Shown one piece after another: positions 11,311 to 22,659 of a stretch of 42,320 nt of DNA (within the stretch, counting starts at the first letter, position 1; each line of letters starts with the position of its first letter). The notes under the pieces are model-generated. The model had not been told where the DNA came from, made no database searches, and saw nothing but the letters and a program-made list of their open reading frames with translations. The DNA comes from Catajapyx aquilonaris (Eukaryota): assembly GCA_000934665.2 (NCBI GenBank), contig JYFJ02003401.1, forward strand, positions 1 through 42,320. Direction: 5' to 3'. A program made the translations under genes and the position numbers.

Positions 11311-11814
11311 GTTTTTTTTTTGTGCAATCCCAATAAATTATTTGCGATTTAATAATGTCTGGCCCTAACTTGCGCTCCTGGAGGGCATCTGACAAGCTGA
11401 ACACTAAGTTGATATTGGTAGCCATAATATGAGTTACCCAAGAAGGAGTCTCGGTAATTATGGAAGTGCAATTAGCCTTTGAATCTGTGATGTATACATG
11501 CTCATTACATGAAGTATCACTTTATTTTCATTTCCAAGTGTACATTTTCAATGCAGCAAATATGCGGATTTGGCCTACAAAATAGGGCTAGTCTTTCAAC
11601 ATGTAGATTCTGCATCTTATGACAATGATTGTCAATTAAATAAGGCACTGCAATCCCGCAAAGTATTGCAATCACAAGTTTAACGCAAGACATACACAAT
11701 GTAATACTGGCCATGAAAACAATATAACAACCGATCGTGTCAATCGCAGCATTCTTTATCTCGAAAAAAACTAAGGCGTTCCAGATTTCACTTTTTTTTG
11801 TGGGATGGAAATTC

Positions 11815-13996
11815 TTAGGATATGACGTTGTAACTGCGGGTGATACGCCCAACTCGTGGCTTGAAGCGGGGTTCTGCAGAAATTTGGAGGGTGCTGCTCG
11901 CTGCCTGGAACTGATCCAGGGCCTCTGCGCTCCTGTCCAGCTTGCGGCACCAGTTGAGCTCGAGGTACCGCAGGTTGTGGCATCTCCTCACCAGGTCAAG
12001 GAGCGAATCGTTGGTGACCTCTTGGCATTCCTCCAGTGAAAAGTGAGTCAGAAGAGGGCAGTTCGCAGAAATGGCCGATACACAATTGTCGTCCACTGTT
12101 GAGCAACCATACAAACGGAGCCTCTCAAGGCTACCCATGACATTTGGCTTAGAGAAAAAGCTCTGCAGACCTTGTGCGGTGCAACTTAGTGCAGTGCAGT
12201 AGTGGAACTTTACCAGGGTAAGGCTACGGAGGTTGTGCAGTCTCCCGATCCCATCGTGCAGCCCAGTGTCAGTCAAGTAGAAACAGGATCGGATTTTCAG
12301 CTCCTCCAGCTGCGGGAAGTGTGCGAGGAGAAGGAAGGACTCCCGGTTGATGAAGGAATCGATGCTGAGCTTCTTCAGCTGCCTCCCAAGAGTGCAGGCC
12401 AACAATTCTACTTCCCTGTCAGCAGCGAGAAATGATGCATCGACGAGTTTCGGCCAGTTTTCCCCAGTGCCCTGGGGTGATGGTGGAGGCAAACCTTGTC
12501 CATAAATGGTCATCTTTTCTAGCTCTTGGCAGGAACTCAAAATGTCTAGGGGATGCTTTGAGTAATGCTGACACCAGCGGAAGTTTCTTAGGTAGATTTC
12601 CTGCAGTTCGCTGCACCTGTGTCATAAAAATAAAAGTAATGACACTTAACGCACCATATCGACCTTCCTTTACTTACTCATGCGCAATCAGTTCCAGCAT
12701 GTTCTGTGACACTGAGGTATCCCAAACACAGAGACGCTTCAGGTGAGGAAGATTATTGGCTACTACTTTCAGCAGCGAATCAGCATCCTCTCCATTCCAG
12801 TCCATCAACGTAACCGACTTCAAATGGGTCCTGTAGCTCACGATCGCATGCACCGATTCCTCCAGAGTCAAACCCCGGTGGTCCAACTGCATGTTCTTCC
12901 TAAGACCCAGCCACTCCTTGGCCACATTGCACCAATCCTTGCACACCAGTGCGACTGTACAGAGCGATTTCACATCCAGGTACGAGAACACTTTTGCCTT
13001 CATCTCATCAGGCAGGCCGGCAAAGGTCTTGACGCTAGCCTGTAATTGTCAGCAAATTGGTTCAGTGTGTAGATATACAGGGTGATTAGTTAAACAACAA
13101 AAAAGTTTGATCACCCTGTATACGTATATATGAACAATCACCATTTTTAAGTACAGGTATTGAGTACGTTGCTAAACTCAGCGGCTGTCAGGCTCGCTGA
13201 TAGGTCAATCTTCACTGAGGGCCGTTTTCTCGAACAGTGGTTCAAATGTAAACCCGGTTCAAAGCCGGTTTAAACCCTTGACAACAGCCTAACAACAATC
13301 AAATCAGGGATTAAACTGGCTTTGAACCCGGTTTACATTTGAACCACTGTTCGAGAAAACGGCCCTGAATTCAACAACGTTTTCGCTGCCTAGTTCTGCT
13401 ATTCCAAGATGGCCACCATTTGCCGGCGCCCTACGCGAAAGCCGCTTCGCCTAGCAACCCGTGTTGAATGAACCAACAACGATGCGCTCAACCGCTTCCG
13501 TCGCTGTGGCAGCGGCCGAGTTTAGCAACGTACTCATTGCGAGTCTCAGCAGTCCAGTAACCTGAAATAATTAGCTTCTTGTGATCCCACACTCACCGTT
13601 GTATCTACTTCACAATGCGGTTTGCTGCCTCCACTGGACTGGGCGGCGGGAGTCACACGAGCCCGCTTCTTGTCATGACCCTTGGAATAGGCCATTGCTT
13701 TTCCTGGCGTCTTCACCTGCACCTCGGACACACCCAACCCGCCAGCAATCTGAAACAAAATCAAAGTGTAACAAATGCAGCCATGTAAAATAGTAACAAT
13801 GGTTCCGGGCAAAAGTAGTTGTGCGGTCACTCAAAGGCCATACAGATGACATATTATTTTTCACCTTTTTCCATGGCTTCCCCTGACCCCGGAACAACTC
13901 GACCCTCTTCCTCTTCATGGCCCTCGTCTCCACCGTGTTCCAGCTCTTCTCCTCAGCCTCCCTCAGCCTCCTCATCCTCCTTGTCTCAATCATCAT
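11815..13996 (-). CDS. F-box/LRR protein copy 4; exons 13996-13865, 13749-13597, 13039-12678, 12616-11815
   Basis: F-box LPDEMKAKVFSYL..VALVCKDW; LRR exon open; intron 2 enlarged by MITEs. Confidence 0.9.
13078..13118. mobile_element. 41-bp Tc1/mariner-type mini element
   Basis: TA|cagggtgat ... atcaccctg|TA. Confidence 0.7.
13162..13535. mobile_element. MITE with 3-bp TSD (ATT), PIF/Harbinger-like
   Basis: TIRs gagtacgttgctaaactc / gagtttagcaacgtactc; ATT on both sides; empty site ggtattgtgagtctc in the paralogous intron at ~16575. Confidence 0.9.
13219..13365. mobile_element. Nested Harbinger-type MITE
   Basis: Long TIRs gggccgttttctcgaacagtggttcaaatgtaaac / gtttacatttgaaccactgttcgagaaaacggccc; TSD TGA. 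Confidence 0.9.
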
Positions 13997-14160
13997 CCAG
14001 TGCTTCTTCCTCTTGGGTCTTCCGCTCCCCTCAAACCCTGTGGGTCCACAGCGACCTAGGGCTTCCAACAATCAATCTTCAACAGTTCTACGGCTCGCAA
14101 CAATCAACCGGGATCAGAAAATGGAACAAACAAAAAGCTCAAGCCCACGAAATTAGAACG

Positions 14161-14460
14161 TTCCATTGTCGGCGGCCATATTGGATTTCCATTCGGCTAC
14201 ACTGTTGTCACATTTCCAATTCGAACGGACTTGGTAAACCCACAGAAAATAGCGCTATCGTACTGTACAAGTCATATAATGTAATTTTATTTTCATACAC
14301 AGCATCAATTAAAAATGGTTGCGCCAATTACTTCATTAGCTAAAAAATTATCGGCAGCGTCCGGATTTTGTGTGACGTACTATTGGTTGCGTCCGAATAT
14401 GAGCGGAGGGAACGGACCGGAAAACGACGGTCGGAACGCACCCAAGATGGCGCCGCAACA
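14161..14460. promoter_or_regulatory. Conserved promoter cassette (copy 4)
   Basis: ttccattgtcggcggccatatt ... ggaacgcacccaagatggcgccgc. Confidence 0.75.
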
Positions 14461-15082
14461 ATCAATGAATTTTCCGGACTATTTTTGACATCATACAGTT
14501 TTTTAAAAAATGGGGAAAAAATATATATTTAAAATTGATGATTTTTTTCGAATCATGATCTTCGGTTTCTCGGCCAGTACATGCAATCATTACATGTTCG
14601 AAATTATTATAACAGTTGAATAATTATTTCAGTTGAATACATGGTATATCAATACAGCTGATTAGCGTACAAGTGGTCTTCGATTCAGATACCTATCCCT
14701 TAATCACAGTGATTAATAAGGCACTGCAATCTCACTCAAAATACTGCATTTACAATAATTGAACACAACAAATGGTTACGTTGAAAAATACGCAACTTAA
14801 GAAAATGACACTTCCCATGAAAACAACATAACCACTGATGGTCTCAAAAGGCATTTTAGTGACAACTCTTGACTTGAACATTCTTTATCAACTTTAACTC
14901 AAACTGTTCTTACTTTTCCAATCCAAATAGGTTAATGAGCAAACTGATCCGCCATCATTTTAACCTCCTGAGACCTGATGTCCAATATATTGGACATCAG
15001 GTCTCAGGAGGTTAAATATTCCCTTACAGGCCAGGCATGTTGGGATCCGCATTAACCAGTGGTGGATTTGCACAATCGTTAA

Positions 15083-15269
15083 AGGCGCGTTAGCGATTTG
15101 ATGATTAGCGATTTGATGAGCGAAGTCTTTGGCAAGTGATAACATTGAGGAGTAACCAATATTGTTTGAGGTGAAAGTAACAATTTTGCCTCAAACAATA
15201 CTGGTTACTTGGATTAGTCAGCCTCGGCGACGGCTTCGCTCGTCAAATCGCCCACATGTAAACGCACCT
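15083..15269. mobile_element. MITE with TTAA TSD and AGG...CCT ends (Kolobok-like)
   Basis: TTAA|aggcgcgtt ... aacgcacct|TTAA; single TTAA at the empty site in the paralogous flank ~38850. Confidence 0.75.
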
Positions 15270-15380
15270 TTAATCATTCACCCTGATGAAGCTAGGGATG
15301 TGTCAAGACACGTGGCTTGAATTACTTATACAAGGAAATTTGGAGCATAATGTTGGCCGCCTGGAACTGACCCAGGGTCT

Positions 15381-16880
15381 CTACGCTACAGGGTTCAGCT
15401 TGTTGCCCCCGATCAGCTCAAGGTCCAGGAAGTTGCGCCACACCCTCACCAGGTCTCGGAGCGGGCGATTGATGACCAGGTGGCTATTCACCAGGCAAAA
15501 ACAAGTCAGGAGAGGACAGTTCATGGCAATGGCTGATATGCAACCATCATCCAGTGTTAACCCCCAAGAAAGCCGGAGCTTCTCGAGGCTGCCGACCACG
15601 TTTCGCTTGGAGAAAAACCTCTGCAAACCTTGTGGCGAGCAGTGGGAGATGCATTTCAGGGTCAAGCTACGGAGGTTGTGCAGTCTCCCAATCCCGTCTT
15701 GCAGGCCAGCATCAGTTAAGTGGATGCAGGAGTCGATTTCCAGCTCTTCCAGCTGAGGGAAGTGTGTGAGGAGAAGGAAGGACTGCGGATTACTGAAGAA
15801 TACAACCGTCAGTTTCCTCAGCTGGCTCCCCAGAGTATGGGCAAGCACCTCCACTTCCCTATCAGCGTCGTCTATGAGAAGTGACACGTCGGTGAGTTTC
15901 GACCAATCTCGCCCGGTGACCTTGTTCAATGGCGGAGGGAAACTTCTACCACGTATGGGGGGATGTATGGTTATCTTTTCTAGCTCTCGGCAGATACTCA
16001 AAATGTCCAGGGGATGCCTCCAGTAATGCCGATTCCAGGTAAAATTGCTTAGGTCAATTTCCCGAAGTTCGGTGCACCTGAGGTGTAAAATTAAAAGTCA
16101 TGAACTGACAATAAATGACACTGAACGCACCATATCAACCCTCCTTTACTTACTCTTGTGCAATCAGTTCCAGCGTCTTCTGTGACACCAACATATCAGA
16201 AACACTGAGACACTTCAGGTGAGGAAGACTCTGGGCTACTACTTTTAGCAGAGAATTAGCATAATATCCATTCCAATGCCTCAAGTTAATCGACTTCAGA
16301 TATGTCATGTTGCTAGTGATCGTAACCACAGATTCCTCCCGAGTGAAGTGCCGGCCGTCCAAGGTCATCTTCTTCCTAATGCCCAGCCACTCCTTGGCCA
16401 CCTTGAACCAATCTTTGCACACCAGCGTGCTCCTGTAGAAGGATTTCTTGTCCAGGTACGAAAACACCTTTGCCTTAATCTCATCAGGCAGGCTGGAAAA
16501 GGTCCTGCTGCTAGTCTGCAATTAACAAGAATTATGTAAAGTAGTATACAGTTGACACTATGGACAATGATCAGGTATTGTGAGTCTCTGCAGCCCAGTT
16601 AGCTCATTGTCATCCCCCACTCACAGTCGCTTCTACTTGACAATGTTGCCGGTTGCTGCCTGCCTTCTTTTTTCACCTTCCTCCGTGGCTTCTCCTCCAT
16701 CCCCCTGCCCATGTCCAGCCTCTTCCTCTGGTTGCTGCCTGCCTTGTTTTCCACGTTCCTCCTTGGCTTCTCCTCCACCCTCTTCCTCTTCGTGGCCCTC
16801 GTCTCCACGGTGTTCCAACCCTTCTCCTCAGCCTCCCTCCGCATCTTCATCCTCCTGGTTTCTACCCTGGTCTCCATCAT
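15381..16880 (-). CDS. F-box/LRR protein copy 5 (exon 2 mostly deleted, C-terminal frameshift); exons 16880-16677, 16515-16154, 16077-15381
   Basis: F-box LPDEIKAKVFSYL. A +2-nt shift near 15390 replaces the conserved E.LGQFQAA tail with a stop. The exon-2 remnant (16625-16660) is fused behind the exon-1 donor. Confidence 0.75.
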
Positions 16881-17185
16881 CCTGCTTCTTCCTTCCATCC
16901 TTCCAATCCTCACCCTCTCCTGTGGGTCCGGGGATCTGTCCTCCAACAACCAAGCCCCAACCAACCGCCTCAACCTCAACCAAAAATTCTCATCAACCTA
17001 AGCCATCAACAGCCACAGGAGACGCTCACACTGTTGACAGATTGCCCAAATTAGAACGAACTTATGCACAGTTAAACCAGACAAAATACATCAGTCACAC
17101 AAGTTGTATAATATGACAGAATTATTTTTGCACATTACATTATAATTAATTTGCTCGTTAGATTAGCAAAATTGAAGCACGTGGT

Positions 17186-17295
17186 CGGGTTGCGTCCGGA
17201 TATCGAGTGACGCGTGTTTCGGTTGCGTCCGAATATGAGCAGAAGGAACGGACCGGACACGACGGTCGGAACGCACCCAAGATGGCGACGCAACA
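17186..17295. promoter_or_regulatory. Promoter cassette core (copy 5; left YY1-like arm lost)
   Basis: gttgcgtccggat..gtgacg..gttgcgtccgaat..ggaacggaccgg..ggaacgcacccaagatggcg. Confidence 0.7.
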
Positions 17296-18031
17296 ATTAA
17301 TGATTAAATAAAATATATTTCTGGTGTAAATGTCAGGTTTAAATTCGAGGATTTATGGATTTGGAAGCAGAAGCATCCGTAATTTAAGCGACATTTTTCA
17401 AGGTGATTACACTGATTATTTATGGGGGTTTTCCGAGGAGAGTGAGGATCGTTTCTTCCATTGTTCCTTTTTGTTGAGGTTGTTTCCATGTAAACCTTGA
17501 TAACGTCAGAATTACCGATATTAAAATTTGAAAAATAGGTTGAAAGTGGTTAATTTTTTTGAATAATGATCTTCGCTGTTGCCGGCCTAATCTTTTTTTC
17601 GGGCAGTGCATGCACATTACATGTTCGAAAAAAACTTTTATTGTAACAGTTTAATTTCAATTGAGTGCATGGTGTCAATACATTCAGCGTACAAGTGGTC
17701 TTTGATTCGATTCAGATACCATGCCTTTATCAGAGTGATTAATAAGGCACTGCAATCTCACTCAAAATACTGCATTTGCAATAATTGAACACAACTTAAG
17801 AAAACAACACTTCCCATGAAAACAACGTAACCACTGATGGTCTCAAAAGGCATTTTAGTGACAACTCTCGACTCAAACATTCTTTATCAAGAACTCAAAC
17901 AGTTCTTACTTTTCCAATCCAAATAGGTAAATGCACAAACTGGTTACATCCGCCATCATTTTAAATATTCCCTTTCAGGCCAGGCATGTTGGGATCCGCA
18001 TTAACCAGTGGAGGATCTGCGCAATTGTTAA

Positions 18032-18196
18032 AGGCGAGTTCACATGTGAGCGATGTTATGAGGAGTGACCCGAGTAACCAATATTGTTTGGGGTGAAAGT
18101 AACAATGGATTTTTGCCTCAAACAATACTGTTTACTTGGATTTGTCAGCCTCGGCGACGGCTTCGCTCATCAAATCGCCCGCATGTACACGCACCT
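18032..18196. mobile_element. Second copy of the TTAA MITE at the orthologous flank position
   Basis: ttaa|aggcgagtt ... acgcacct|ttta; internal sequence matches 15083-15269. Confidence 0.75.
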
Positions 18197-18303
18197 TTTA
18201 TCATTCACCCCCGATGAAGCTAGCTCTTGACTGTTCATGCACAATGGAGAATTGCTAGGATGTGACATGAATGGAAGGGATGTGTCAAGGCATGTGGATT
18301 GAT

Positions 18304-19717
18304 TCACGGAAACTTGGTAATTTCGAGCATGCTGTTGGCCGCCTGGAACTGACGCAGGCCCTCTAAGCTCAGGTCCAGCTTGTCACACCAGATGAACAGA
18401 AGGGGCCGGAGGTTGCGGCATCTCCTCACCAGGTCTAGGAGCGGGCCGTTGGTGACCAGGGGGCAATTCATCAGGCTAAAACAAGTCAGGAGAGGGCAGT
18501 TCCTGGCAATGGCTGATATGCAACCATCATCCAGTGCTGACCAACAAGAAAGGCTGAGCTTCTCCAGGCTACCCACAACGTTGGGCTTGGAGAAAAACCT
18601 TTGCAGACCTTGTGGAGTGCAGTCGCGGAAATAGTTCAGGGTCAAGCTACGGAGGTTGTGCAGTCTCCCAATCCCGTCTTCCAGGCCAGCATCAGCTAAG
18701 TAGCAGCAGGATTGGAATCCCAGCTCCTCCAGCTGAGGGAAGCATGCGAGGAGAAGGAAGGACTCCGGATTGGTGAAGTAAGTGACAGTGAGTTTCCTCA
18801 GACGGTCCCCCACGCTGAGGGCAAGCACTTCCATGCCCCTGTCAGCACTGCCCATCAGAAGCGATACATCAGCGAGTTTTGGCCAGTTTCTCCCGGTGAC
18901 CTTGTTTGATGGCGGAGGGAGATGTTCATCATCATCATATATGGTTATCTTTTCCAGCTCTCGGCAGGAACTCAATATGTCCAGGGGATGCCTCGAGTAA
19001 TCATCACACCGTTTGAAACTCCTTAGGTAGATTTCCTGTAGTTCGCTGCACCTGTGTCGTAAAAATAAAAGTAATGAACTGACGGTAACTGACACTTCAT
19101 GCACCATATCGACCCTCCTTTAGGCTACTTACTCTCGTGCAATCAGTTCCAGCATCTTCTGTGGCACTGACGTATTAAAAATAACGAGACGCTTCAGGTG
19201 AGGAAGACTCTCGCCTACTAGTTGCAGCAGTGAATCAGCCTTCACTCCACCCCAATCACGCAAGGCAATTGACTTCAGATGCGTCTTGTTGCTAGTGATC
19301 GTAACCACAGATTCCTCCAGAGTCAAACGCCACCTGCTCAAGACCATCTTCTTCCTAAGACCCAGCCAATCCTTGGCCACCTTGAACCAATCCTTGCACA
19401 CCAGCGTGCTCCTGTAGAGGGATTCCCAGTCCAGGTACGAGAACACCTTTGCCTTCATCTCATCAGGCAGGCTGGAAAAGGTCCTGCTGCTAGTCTGGAA
19501 TAATTATCAGGTAAGTATGCAAATAGTAGTATACAATCGACACTGACAAATTTGTGTAGTATATTTGATTCGTCACCTTTCTCCGTGGCTCGTCTTCCAT
19601 CCCCCTGCACAACTCGACCCTCCTTCTCTTCGCGGCCCTGGTCTCCACTGTGTTCCAACCCTTCTCTTCAGCTTCATCCATCACCCTCAGTCTCTTCATC
19701 CTTCTGGTCTCCATCAT
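18304..19717 (-). CDS. F-box/LRR protein copy 6 (three exons; exon 2 absent); exons 19717-19577, 19494-19133, 19051-18304
   Basis: Phase-0 exon-1 donor joins exon 3 across an 82-bp intron; all exons open. Confidence 0.88.
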
Positions 19718-19956
19718 CCTGCTTCTTCCTTCCATCCAAAGCTGCCTCAACCAAAAATTCTCATCAACCTCAGCCATCAACAGCCACAGGAGACGCTCTC
19801 ACACTGTTGACAGATTGCCCAAATTAGAACGAACTTATGCACAGTTAAACCAGACAAAATACATCAGTCACACAAGTTGTATAATAATTATGACAAATTA
19901 TTTTTACACATTACATTATGAATTAATTTGCTCGTTAGATTAGGAAAAGCACGTGG

Positions 19957-20068
19957 TCGGGTTGCGTCCGGATATCGAGTGACGCGTCTTTCGGTTGCGT
20001 CCGAATATGAGCAGAAGGAACGGACCGGACGCGACGGTGGGAACGCACCCAAGATGGCGCCGCAACAA
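19957..20068. promoter_or_regulatory. Promoter cassette core (copy 6)
   Basis: Near-identical to 17186-17295. Confidence 0.7.
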
Positions 20069-20336
20069 TTAATGATTAATAAAGTTTCTGGACTACTTTT
20101 GACATCATGCAGTGGGAAAAACTCGGGGAAAAAAATGTAAGAAGCAGTCAAATTTTGGAAATAAATGATCTTCTGTACCAAACAGTTGTTCAACTTGCGT
20201 CAGAGTTCAATATATTCTCTGGCAAGGAACTAGTCAATAACAATCAAAATTACTTGCACGCCTGTAACTATACATCAGATTATTGGGCCATTAAGGCCGA
20301 AGCATTCATTTTTCCGGGGCCTGCAACCATACTTAC

Positions 20337-21411
20337 AGAAAAGCTATGAAGGCGACAAAGGGTGGAATCCAAGGGGGTGGAATGGTTTCCACTCCCGTGG
20401 CAAATATGAGGATATTTTTCTTCGTTATCCATCTAAAAATGAGGTACATACATAAATATTTGGGAGGATTTGGGTGAGAATCTTCCCCTGCTAGGTAAAT
20501 AGGAAGCGGTGTAGAGGTGGGCATGGTCATAATAAAGGATCTCTTCTAGGATATGTTCTTCATATCCCTCGGACCATTGAAATATTTATTGTGTACTTGC
20601 TTGCAATAACGTCAGATGAGAAACGAAACTCAGTTTTTAATGCAGATTCAGGGTTGTTTTCACTTTTTCATTGACCACATTGGAAAGAACCACTCTCAAT
20701 AAAATTTTTATGGTCAGAGAGGTCACGATTTCCTGGAAGATATCCCTGTAAAGGTGAGTTACTGAAAATGATCTTTTACCTTGTACGGCCTGCAAATAAT
20801 ATTAAGCCGGTTGGCCATTGCCCACCCCTCTTGGAGCCGCCTTCATTGGAATAAACTGGTTGAAAGACCTCTTCTAGGTCCTCTGCCGTTCGAGGCCTTT
20901 GTCACACAAGATATACTCAAAGGAGGACCCTGGGTTTTTGATAACTTCATCAAGGACACCAAGGGTCTTCAACCAATCCTTAAATCTGAAGAAAAACACT
21001 GAATGAAGATCGGAACACTGAAAATATGCACCACATTCAGGGTGCGGAAACACTTGATGAAACTGTGGGGGATGGTAGAGGTACTGTAGGTCTGTAGGAA
21101 ATAATCACTGTAAGCGTATGTGTTGTGGGTCTTTGCAGCCTTGAATCACTTTACTACTGACCAAAGTTTTGGTATGTTAAATATTATATCCTCACCATGT
21201 GTAGGTCAAGTTGTCCTGGAAAAAATTACCTGGCTGAGGAGGAGTTTTACGTCTTCCTGGAGGACGTCCTTCTCATTGCATTGGACATTCTCCAGGAGCT
21301 TTAGGCAGCACCTACACAGCCGAGTGTTGAAAAATCTTGGTGCTGGACCACCATGAACTAGTGACATCGCCACCATTTGCCCAGCATAAAAATAACAGTG
21401 CTTCTGGTAAG
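20337..21411 (-). pseudogene. G2E3-like HECT E3 ligase pseudogene fragment (exons ~21411-21230, 20985-20780, 20432-20337)
   Basis: YFYAGQMVAMSLVHGGPAPRFF; FKDWLKTLGVLDEVIKNP...ILCDK...YLQAVQ; ILIFATGVETIPP: three collinear G2E3-type HECT motifs bounded by GT-AG sites, with frameshifts. Confidence 0.8.
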
Positions 21412-21417
21412 CTGATG

Positions 21418-21745
21418 ATGCTTTGAGAGTAACAGTTGTACCAGTTGAACTTCTCCAGGTAGATGCCCCGCAGTGCGCTGCACCTGCGTCATACACATAA
21501 AATAATGAACTGGCTGTAAGTGACACTTAACCTGCTATACCCACTCACTTTTGTGTGATCACTTGCAGCGAATTCCGTGACACCAAGGTATCTTCAACAT
21601 TGAGACGCTTCAGATGAGGAAGACTCTCGGCTACTACTTTTCAGCAGCAAATCAGCATCCTCTCCATTCCAGTTCATAAAAGTAAGTGACTCCAGATGGG
21701 TCATGTTGTTCATGATCATCTGCACCGATTCCTACACAGTCAAAG
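21418..21745 (-). pseudogene. F-box/LRR fragment (3' half of exon 3, intron, first ~22 codons of exon 4)
   Basis: ESVQMIMNNMTHLESLTFMNWNGEDADLL... and CSALRGIYLEKFNW; frameshifted and lacking the F-box. Confidence 0.85.
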
Positions 21746-21757
21746 CATCTCTCTGGA

Positions 21758-21809
21758 GGACCTCAGAGGTGGAAGGCTGTGGCGCTAACCACTCCGCCAC
21801 CGTGTCGCC
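21758..21809 (-). mobile_element. tRNA-derived SINE head fragment
   Basis: Minus strand ggcgacacggtggcggagtggttagcgccacagccttccacctctgaggtcc contains an A box; same family as the 36.5-36.9 kb SINE. Confidence 0.75.
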
Positions 21810-21832
21810 ATAGGGGAGAGCCTGTCATCCCC

Positions 21833-22001
21833 AAGACCTGCTTCGTAGCTGTCCAAGACTTCAGAAGCAGCAGTCTAGGATATGAAATAATGTGGTCTGG
21901 AACTCTGCATCATGAACTACTGCCGAAAGGCCAGTTGCACGGTGGTATGGCACAAATGTTAACTAATTCCCACGCCAATGGCAACCAAGTTAAAAGGTAT
22001 C
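21833..22001 (-). repeat. Partial duplicate of the 25690-25830 intron/exon boundary of the C14orf93-like gene
   Basis: caagacctgcttcgtagc(t)gtccaagacttcagaagcagcag..ctagga.atgaaataatgtg..tctggaactctg aligns with 25689-25765 and continues to caaccaagttaaaag. Confidence 0.85.
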
Positions 22002-22019
22002 ATTCATACTGCTAACATG

Positions 22020-22622
22020 ACATAACACTAGCAGGAGGACACGATGGAGCAGTTGGAGCTTGCGGATTATTAAATAACTATTATGAAGAATATTATAATG
22101 AGTTATGACAAGATTCATAATATGTGCTATGTAATTGACCATTACAAATGACGAGAATGTTATTCAACCGTAAGAAAAAAACCGATGGTATTAAAGTCAA
22201 TTCTAGTTATATCAAGGTTAATGACAAAGAATACTGCTCATTATGCTCAATCAAAACTCCGCTGACGTTACATCATGTACTCTACGACTGCGGCTTCTCC
22301 TTGGGAGCCAGAAGATATGCATACGAGCTAAATTTCCGAAACACACAAAATTCACACTGTTTGTGACAGTATCCCTAAATCTCAAGTTTTTTTCATTATA
22401 TTTACGTACTTTTTGGTAATTCACAAAAACATGATATTTTGCGATATTGTTATGTAAATATAATTTAAACAATTGTCAAGAGATTAAAATGTGCTATCTC
22501 AGTCTCAGTGTATTAAGAGATGTAAGAAATAATTGTGTAAAATTGCATGGGCAACCTCCTCCTAAAAAGGTGTCAACCTTAAATGGGGTAATTAATAAAA
22601 ATAAAAATAACAACAACGACAA
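22020..22622 (+). mobile_element. 3' fragment of a non-LTR retrotransposon
   Basis: YCSLCSIKTPLTLHHVLYDC is a CxxC...H...C zinc knuckle typical of LINE ORF2 C-termini; followed by an A-rich tail aataaaaataaaaataacaacaac. Confidence 0.6.
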
Positions 22623-22659
22623 CAGTTGGTAAGTGAATAAAATAATGCACCCCAAGTTT

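Noticed and set aside
21206..21526. In-frame F-box/LRR-HECT fusion protein
   Set aside because: The LRR frame (CSALRGIYL) and the HECT frame (AYQKHCYF) differ; both parts carry frameshifts and the F-box is missing.
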